The notes under the pieces were generated by a model. That model had not been told where the DNA came from. It did not search any database and saw nothing but the letters and a program-made list of their open reading frames with translations. From an uncultured virus (IMG/VR IMGVR_UViG_3300022700_000186) (taxonomy: Duplodnaviria; Heunggongvirae; Uroviricota; Caudoviricetes), in IMG/VR virus record IMGVR_UViG_3300022700_000186: a DNA stretch of 20,000 bases; one strand, given 5' to 3'. The position numbers were made by a program, and so were the translations under genes. Of the stretch, positions 15,080 to 20,000 are shown piece by piece. Position 1 is the stretch's first letter. Every line of letters starts with the position of its first letter.

Positions 15080-15497
15080 TACAATCAACGATATGGACCC
15101 GAAACTTAAGCAACTTTTTCAACAAATCCTTACCGTCGTCACTGTTGTTATGATTCTTTACGGAGCAGTAACATTTATTCTATCAATACTTGAAGGAAAA
15201 CCATTAATGTACTGGTTTGGAACTGAACATTTTATAACAACAGTTGTTGTAGTGGTAATCGTTCTTATCTGTAGTAGTATTCTTAGTGGTAAGGAAATCG
15301 TTTTACCAGAACAATTCAAAAAGAAGGAAGGAGAAAAGAAACAATTCAACTTCCCAGATACATGGGGAGTTAATCAGTTTAAAATGAATCAACCAAAACA
15401 AGAACCAAAAACAAAAACGCACGGTTCATGGCGATGCCCAAGTTGTAAAACGTTAGTGATTGGTAATAAATGCCCAAAATGTGGGAAAAGGAGGTAA
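15060..15497 (+). CDS. Two-TM membrane protein with C-terminal Zn ribbon
   Basis: Two TM helices and WRCPSC...CPKCG; the start is uncertain (ATG 15060 or ATC 15066). Confidence 0.75.
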   Translation: MIIGLADTINDMDPKLKQLFQQILTVVTVVMILYGAVTFILSILEGKPLMYWFGTEHFITTVVVVVIVLICSSILSGKEIVLPEQFKKKEGEKKQFNFPDTWGVNQFKMNQPKQEPKTKTHGSWRCPSCKTLVIGNKCPKCGKRR

Positions 15498-15499
15498 AC

Positions 15500-15988
15500 A
15501 TGAAAAAAGACGAAATACAGGAAATGAAAGAATCCCTTCGAAGAGAGTATGTCAAAATAACAGAAAATTTTCTTGATGAGATAGACAAAAAAATAGATAA
15601 AATCGTAACAAAAACATTAGGTTCTCATGTAGATATTATTGTTGATAAAACAACGCAATCGTTTGATAACGCAATCAAGAAGCAGGAAAACAAAGTTGAT
15701 GAACTATTAGATGCACTTGTTGATGTCATGTCCCATTTGATGGCTCAGAATGAACTTATTGCAGAGTTGTTAGTATCAAAAGAAATAATGAATTCTAAAG
15801 ATATAAAACACTTTCAGCACGAAACAGAGAAACGAATACCAGAACTGATTTATCTAATCAATGATAGTGTTGGCAGAGAAACAAATACAAAACTTGAAAA
15901 GAAAATAAAAACCATGTCAAAAAGACATCCAGAAACTATCAAAGCTTTGAAAAAGATAATCAAAGAAAAACATAAAAAAAGAAAGTAG
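15500..15988 (+). CDS. Helical/coiled-coil hypothetical protein
   Basis: Start at ATG 15500 after AGGAGGT. Confidence 0.75.
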   Translation: MKKDEIQEMKESLRREYVKITENFLDEIDKKIDKIVTKTLGSHVDIIVDKTTQSFDNAIKKQENKVDELLDALVDVMSHLMAQNELIAELLVSKEIMNSKDIKHFQHETEKRIPELIYLINDSVGRETNTKLEKKIKTMSKRHPETIKALKKIIKEKHKKRK

Positions 15989-16004
15989 TAGTCAGTGATT
16001 TAAA

Positions 16005-16364
16005 ATGAAATATCAAACAGGAATCCAAAACACCGTCCTTCAAATAATCAAGAAAGCTGACAAACTTGGTTTGCCATATATCACGAAAGACCAAATAGTC
16101 GAGGAAATAAAAAAATATATGGAATTAAAAAAACCAGAAGAACAAGTCGGTCAGGCACTTTACCAACTACAGAAGGAAGGAAAATTTGTCAAAAAAAGAA
16201 TTGAAAAAGTACGGATTCCTAAAAAAGAAAAGAAACTTAGACCAGAGGACGAATACTATAGTTATGGATGGAAACCAATCAAAAATGAACAACCAAAAAA
16301 CAAAATCATTCAAGAACTTATTGATTATGTAGAACAACAATTAGAAGATTCGACGATAGTATAG
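16005..16364 (+). CDS. Putative winged-helix DNA-binding protein
   Basis: ITKDQIVEEI...VGQALYQLQKEG pattern; GTGAT RBS. Confidence 0.55.
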   Translation: MKYQTGIQNTVLQIIKKADKLGLPYITKDQIVEEIKKYMELKKPEEQVGQALYQLQKEGKFVKKRIEKVRIPKKEKKLRPEDEYYSYGWKPIKNEQPKNKIIQELIDYVEQQLEDSTIV

Positions 16365-16419
16365 TTATCTTATGAATATTAAAAAAACAATAAACTATAA
16401 ATAGGTAAAACGTGATAAC

Positions 16420-16785
16420 ATTACTGAAGTAACAATCAGACTGAAAGCAGAAAACGTACATATCGCAATAGACGATGAAGAGGAGCTTTCAAAGAAACAT
16501 GATATCAGTCTCTCAGGAGCTGTTGCTAAATGCATCAAACACGTCTACCGATACAAAGCATTCAATATGCCAAAAGATATAATGATAGCAATCCTATGGC
16601 AAGCATTAAAAGGTCTGCATTGTAAACAGGAACATCTCGATGTATCACAACGACTATCAATTTACGAATACTTCCAAGACAAAGAAATCGACGACCCTTA
16701 CATTCAACAATTCATGAAAGAAACAAAGGAGAAATATACAATAATTGAGAGGAGAAAAAATGAACCCGATAAAAATAGAAGTTGA
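16420..16785 (+). CDS. Putative ribbon-helix-helix-like protein, probable ATT start
   Basis: The frame is open for 49 codons upstream of ATG 16567: (I)TEVTIRLKAENVHIAIDDEEELSKKHDISLSGAVAKCIKH. GTGAT lies 3 nt before ATT 16420. Confidence 0.55.
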   Translation: MTEVTIRLKAENVHIAIDDEEELSKKHDISLSGAVAKCIKHVYRYKAFNMPKDIMIAILWQALKGLHCKQEHLDVSQRLSIYEYFQDKEIDDPYIQQFMKETKEKYTIIERRKNEPDKNRS

Positions 16786-17629
16786 AATCTACGAAGTTCA
16801 AAACGCAGAAATCAAAAAACTTCGGTACAAGGACAAAATAATCAATGTATCATCAATCGAAGCACCAACTGAAATGAAGCCAGTTGAAAAACTTGGTGGA
16901 CAAATTGATATTACACCGAAACCGAAACAACCAAAGAAAAAATCAAACCCAATTACAAGAATAAAAGCACTTGGTAAACCAGTCGGAACCTCAGGACATA
17001 ACACCATTTTTGAAAATCCTTTGGAATGGATGAAAGAAAATATTGATGCTGACAAAGAAACTATATATCAAACATTCAAAAGTTTCTACCCAGGTCGAAA
17101 GGATAACTCAATCAAAACATACATTTCAGCATACAAAAGATACATTCGAGGACCTACCCGAGAAAAACAAGGGAAATATGGTAAAGTAGTTGGAACTTGC
17201 AAAGGTACCCTATTACATAAGAAAACATTGGATTTAATCGAGCAAACAGATAAATCTAGGGAATCCATTAGAAACGTAATTGATAACGTTTATAGGGGAA
17301 CCAAACTATCAACTCGAAGAACCTATGTTAGAGGTTACTACACATACTTTCAAAACGGAAGAAAACTTGACACACCTACATCAAACAACAAAAAACCAGC
17401 TGACACAGTTGGTAAGTCCAAAAAATATAAGATTTGGATAAAGAAAAATGAATACTTGGCAGTAAAACGAGCAATAAACAAATGGAACTTCGTCGCAACA
17501 ACAGACAGTATACATGAATTAACTGGTATATCAAAACAACGAGTAAGAGCAACATTGGATTATATGTTAGGAAAGCATGAAATCTATTTGAAATATGATA
17601 ATGCAGTTCCTCTTTACAAACCAGTATGA
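16760..17629 (+). CDS. Basic DNA-binding protein with an internal tandem repeat and C-terminal wHTH
   Basis: Two GKxVGT...Y-x-G-x-K...TY-x3-Y-x2-Y repeats; C-terminal TTDSIHELTGISKQRVRATLDYM; start at ATG 16760 after GAGGAG. Confidence 0.7.
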   Translation: MNPIKIEVEIYEVQNAEIKKLRYKDKIINVSSIEAPTEMKPVEKLGGQIDITPKPKQPKKKSNPITRIKALGKPVGTSGHNTIFENPLEWMKENIDADKETIYQTFKSFYPGRKDNSIKTYISAYKRYIRGPTREKQGKYGKVVGTCKGTLLHKKTLDLIEQTDKSRESIRNVIDNVYRGTKLSTRRTYVRGYYTYFQNGRKLDTPTSNNKKPADTVGKSKKYKIWIKKNEYLAVKRAINKWNFVATTDSIHELTGISKQRVRATLDYMLGKHEIYLKYDNAVPLYKPV

Positions 17630-17817
17630 GTATCGAAAGAAAAGTCCTCAAGTTCCTTGATGAAAAGGGTGAAAGAACCCTATCTGACATTAAGAAATAC
17701 GTTCATAAAGATGCTGAAGAACATGTAGCAAAACTCTTTAATGAATGTAAGATATACAAGGTCAGAGACAAAAAGGGAATAGAAAGGTACGGGAAATGCT
17801 TAAACGTGACATATTGA
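17626..17817 (+). CDS. Small winged-helix-like protein
   Basis: IERKVLKFLDEKGERTLSDI...LFNECKIYKV; ATGA coupling. Confidence 0.55.
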   Translation: MSIERKVLKFLDEKGERTLSDIKKYVHKDAEEHVAKLFNECKIYKVRDKKGIERYGKCLNVTY

Positions 17818-18197
17818 TTGTAACTTGGAAGTTGATAAATCCATTAACTATCGCAGTTATCATTAGCCTTTTAGGAATAAAAGGTATGAACCAAACCATA
17901 TCAACTTTCTTGATTTACTTTCTTTGTATATGGGTGTTAGCATTTCCTATCGTTTTTTATTTATCAACAAAGGTTATAGATGAGTGTTTTGTTTTATGCC
18001 CTTATTGCAAACGTTTATACAAGACCAGAAAGAACCTGATTGGTAATACATTCGTTATATGCCCTGTTTGTCGAGGAAAGGTGTTGTTGAATGAAAGTTG
18101 TACGATTGATACATATGGGAAGACAAATCAAAGTAAAATTTCCTTACGACAGAAATCTTATCAAAATAATGAAGATGTTCATGGGTCGTTACAATAA
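17796..18197 (+). CDS. Two-TM membrane protein with Zn ribbon
   Basis: Two TM helices then CPYC...CPVC. Confidence 0.65.
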   Translation: MLKRDILIVTWKLINPLTIAVIISLLGIKGMNQTISTFLIYFLCIWVLAFPIVFYLSTKVIDECFVLCPYCKRLYKTRKNLIGNTFVICPVCRGKVLLNESCTIDTYGKTNQSKISLRQKSYQNNEDVHGSLQ

Positions 18198-18321
18198 GAA
18201 CGACAAAACATGGTGGATAGAAAAAACCAAACTAAACGAATTAAAAGAAGAACTTCATTACAATAACTGTAAAATAATTGAAATTGGAGGAGATTCATAT
18301 ACAGTCACCCGTCAAAATTAA
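18091..18321 (+). CDS. Stand-alone HARP-like domain protein
   Basis: IKVKFPYDRNLIKIMK-x4-RYNKNDKTWWI resembles the HARP consensus FxYxxxLIxxxK...YxxxxKxWxF. Confidence 0.6.
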   Translation: MKVVRLIHMGRQIKVKFPYDRNLIKIMKMFMGRYNKNDKTWWIEKTKLNELKEELHYNNCKIIEIGGDSYTVTRQN

Positions 18322-18658
18322 AAAAGGAAAAAAGAGCTTCAAGGTATACTTTACATACAATCCAGATTTGGTTGATATAATGAAAGACCACGATGGATGG
18401 TATTTTAAAAAACAGAAAGCATGGACTTTTCCAAATAAACGATTCCGTAAAGTATATGATGACCTAAAAGAAGAGGGTTATAAAGTAAATATATCAACCG
18501 AAGTACCAAAACCAAAGAATATCAATGTTGATAAAAAGAAAGAACTAAGGAACAAAGATGTTATTGCTGTCTTTGGTACCTGCAAGAAATGTAAACAAAA
18601 GAACTTTGTTGGCGAAGATGATTTATGTTCAAGATGTAGAAATACGGTGAAAAAATGA
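18278..18658 (+). CDS. HARP-like domain plus C-terminal Zn finger
   Basis: FKVYFTYNPDLVDIMK-x4-WYFKKQKAWTFP; CKKC...CSRC. The start may be ATA 18299 after GGAGGAGAT. Confidence 0.65.
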   Translation: MKLEEIHIQSPVKIKKGKKSFKVYFTYNPDLVDIMKDHDGWYFKKQKAWTFPNKRFRKVYDDLKEEGYKVNISTEVPKPKNINVDKKKELRNKDVIAVFGTCKKCKQKNFVGEDDLCSRCRNTVKK

Positions 18659-18849
18659 AAGTACAAAGCATACATGATATGATTAAAATCAAGGCGGAAA
18701 AATACAAGAACATTAAGGAAATGAAAGACTACGAGGGAGAAATCGAAGCAATAGAATGTTTTGTGGAAAGGGCAATGGAAGATATGATAGATGGGATGCT
18801 TGATATGCTTGATGATGGGTTGATAATTGGTAGAAGGGAAAAATCGTAG
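18655..18849 (+). CDS. Small hypothetical protein
   Basis: ORF track; GGTGA RBS; ATGA overlap. Confidence 0.65.
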   Translation: MKVQSIHDMIKIKAEKYKNIKEMKDYEGEIEAIECFVERAMEDMIDGMLDMLDDGLIIGRREKS

Positions 18850-18867
18850 ACGAAAATTTATTATTGT

Positions 18868-19122
18868 ATGGTCGACCTTACACCAATTATGTTATCAATA
18901 TCAACGCCTGGTGTTGAGGAAGAGGTCATAAATTTTTTGAAGAACAAAAAAGAAGAGAAAGGTAGAAACTTTGTTATTACCGTTCTACGAATGAAGAAGG
19001 AAATTGATACAATGACACCTCAAATGATGGGTCGGATAATGCACAACCTAAATGATAAAGGAATTGTCAGGTGTATCAAAAGGAACGGTCCTCGAATTCG
19101 GTACATAACACAGTTTGATTGA
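18868..19122 (+). CDS. Putative winged-helix DNA-binding protein
   Basis: TPQMMGRIMHNLNDKGIV...RY pattern. Confidence 0.55.
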   Translation: MVDLTPIMLSISTPGVEEEVINFLKNKKEEKGRNFVITVLRMKKEIDTMTPQMMGRIMHNLNDKGIVRCIKRNGPRIRYITQFD

Positions 19123-19140
19123 TTCTCAAAAATTTTTCTG

Positions 19141-19206
19141 TATACCTAAACTATATACCGTAAACTATATATAGTTATAACCATATATCATGTATTAGTG
19201 ATTGAA
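19141..19206 (+). promoter_or_regulatory. Archaeal promoter/leader C with tandem repeat and palindrome
   Basis: TATACC(G)TAAACTA occurs twice; perfect palindrome AACTATATATAGTT at 19163-19176; GTGATTGAAATGGAAA is identical to 676-691. Confidence 0.65.
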
Positions 19207-19512
19207 ATGGAAACAAAACAAATATCAAAACATGAAGCAGGTCTTAACGAAATAAGCAACGCTGTAAAGAATATGGTTAAAAGGAACATCAAATACGCAA
19301 AAGGTATCTTGATTGAACGAAAAACAGTACATGAAGATACAATACAAATAGATGTTCAATTTGATAATCTTACCGTTTTTATATCAGACCTTAATGATAT
19401 GATTGGGGTACAATCAGTTCATTTTAACCAATATACGAAAAAACTTATTATTGAATTCGTTCTTTGGAAAAATGAAGCAGAACGCATCATAGATAATTAC
19501 AAGGAGGACTAA
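19207..19512 (+). CDS. Hypothetical protein
   Basis: Start at ATG 19207 after GTGAT. Confidence 0.75.
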   Translation: METKQISKHEAGLNEISNAVKNMVKRNIKYAKGILIERKTVHEDTIQIDVQFDNLTVFISDLNDMIGVQSVHFNQYTKKLIIEFVLWKNEAERIIDNYKED

Positions 19513-19514
19513 AA

Positions 19515-19778
19515 ATGGGAAGATGGAAAGAAACAGTAAATGTATTTATACAAAGAAAACTTAGAGAAGTGAAAGACTATGATGACTTTAAACATTTTCT
19601 TAAATCAGTAAGAGAGAATGATTTTGAACTTCACTCAAAAAGAAGTGGTCGAAGAGTGTTTGGTTTTAATGAATCATACAATCCAGAGTATTGTGATTAT
19701 GCAATTGATGACGGAGTATCAGTAGGTCATTGTAAATGGGAAAACTTGTATAGAGTAATATATGTAGAGGAGATTTAG
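19515..19778 (+). CDS. Hypothetical protein
   Basis: ORF track; AAGGAGG RBS. Confidence 0.7.
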   Translation: MGRWKETVNVFIQRKLREVKDYDDFKHFLKSVRENDFELHSKRSGRRVFGFNESYNPEYCDYAIDDGVSVGHCKWENLYRVIYVEEI

Positions 19779-19997
19779 ATGGGATACTGCTACACAACTG
19801 GCAAAAAAGTAAACGGTAGATGGAAATTCCTCAAATGTGATGGTCGCTCAAAAACGTGTGCTCAAGATGGTGGCGTTGTCCCAAACATATCACCATCAGC
19901 ATCAGACCAACGATGCAAAAATTGTGGTGAATACTGCAAAACATGGACTGAAGCAAAAGAAGCAGTAGAAGAATGTGACAGAATACAGGAGTGGTAA
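19779..19997 (+). CDS. Small Cys-rich protein
   Basis: ORF track; GAGGAGAT RBS. Confidence 0.65.
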   Translation: MGYCYTTGKKVNGRWKFLKCDGRSKTCAQDGGVVPNISPSASDQRCKNCGEYCKTWTEAKEAVEECDRIQEW

Positions 19998-20000
19998 ACA

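Noticed and set aside
18278..18321. Programmed frameshift fusing the two HARP-like ORFs
   Set aside because: It would need a +1 shift with no recognisable slippery site, and a strong GGAGGAGAT RBS in the overlap explains independent initiation.
615..18675. Minus-strand ORFs in the supplied track (e.g. 3988-4329, 10079-10450, 17376-17690)
   Set aside because: They are shadows of well-supported, RBS-bearing + strand genes, with F/S/L/I-rich composition typical of antisense to A-rich coding sequence.
1..20000. CRISPR array or mini-array
   Set aside because: No regularly spaced 25-40 nt direct repeats were seen; the repeats present are promoters or coding blocks.
1..20000. Stop-codon reassignment as the cause of the many short ORFs
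   Set aside because: Conserved proteins (Ku, ligase, PIN, DUF932) are uninterrupted under the standard code, and TAA, TGA and TAG all end genes directly at coupled downstream starts.

Overview
This is an AT-rich, gene-dense window with almost every gene on the + strand. It reads as the early/accessory region of a large archaeal virus or provirus (inference). The support is BRE-TATA promoters, GGTGAT/GGAGG ribosome-binding sites, ATGA/TAATG translational coupling and many small orphan, zinc-finger and membrane ORFs. No structural genes, tRNAs or CRISPR arrays are visible. Recognisable proteins are a Ku-like protein next to a compact, divergent ATP-dependent ligase and a Zn-ribbon PIN nuclease (NHEJ-like module). 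Also present are a DUF2085-like membrane protein, a DUF932-like protein, two stand-alone HARP-like proteins, several wHTH/RHH-like proteins and three dispersed paralogues of one small protein. A 47-aa minus-strand HTH gene was missed by the ORF track. The most striking signal is non-coding: two intergenic elements (13826-13905 and 14566-14660) each fold into a geometrically canonical bulge-helix-bulge (BHB) motif, the substrate of the archaeal splicing endonuclease. They enclose predicted 61-nt and 70-nt excisable RNAs whose loops are antisense to ribosome-binding-site/start-codon sequences. The second is complementary to the translation starts of three promoter-proximal genes in this window. 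Family assignments are from motif recognition by eye; no database search was run.
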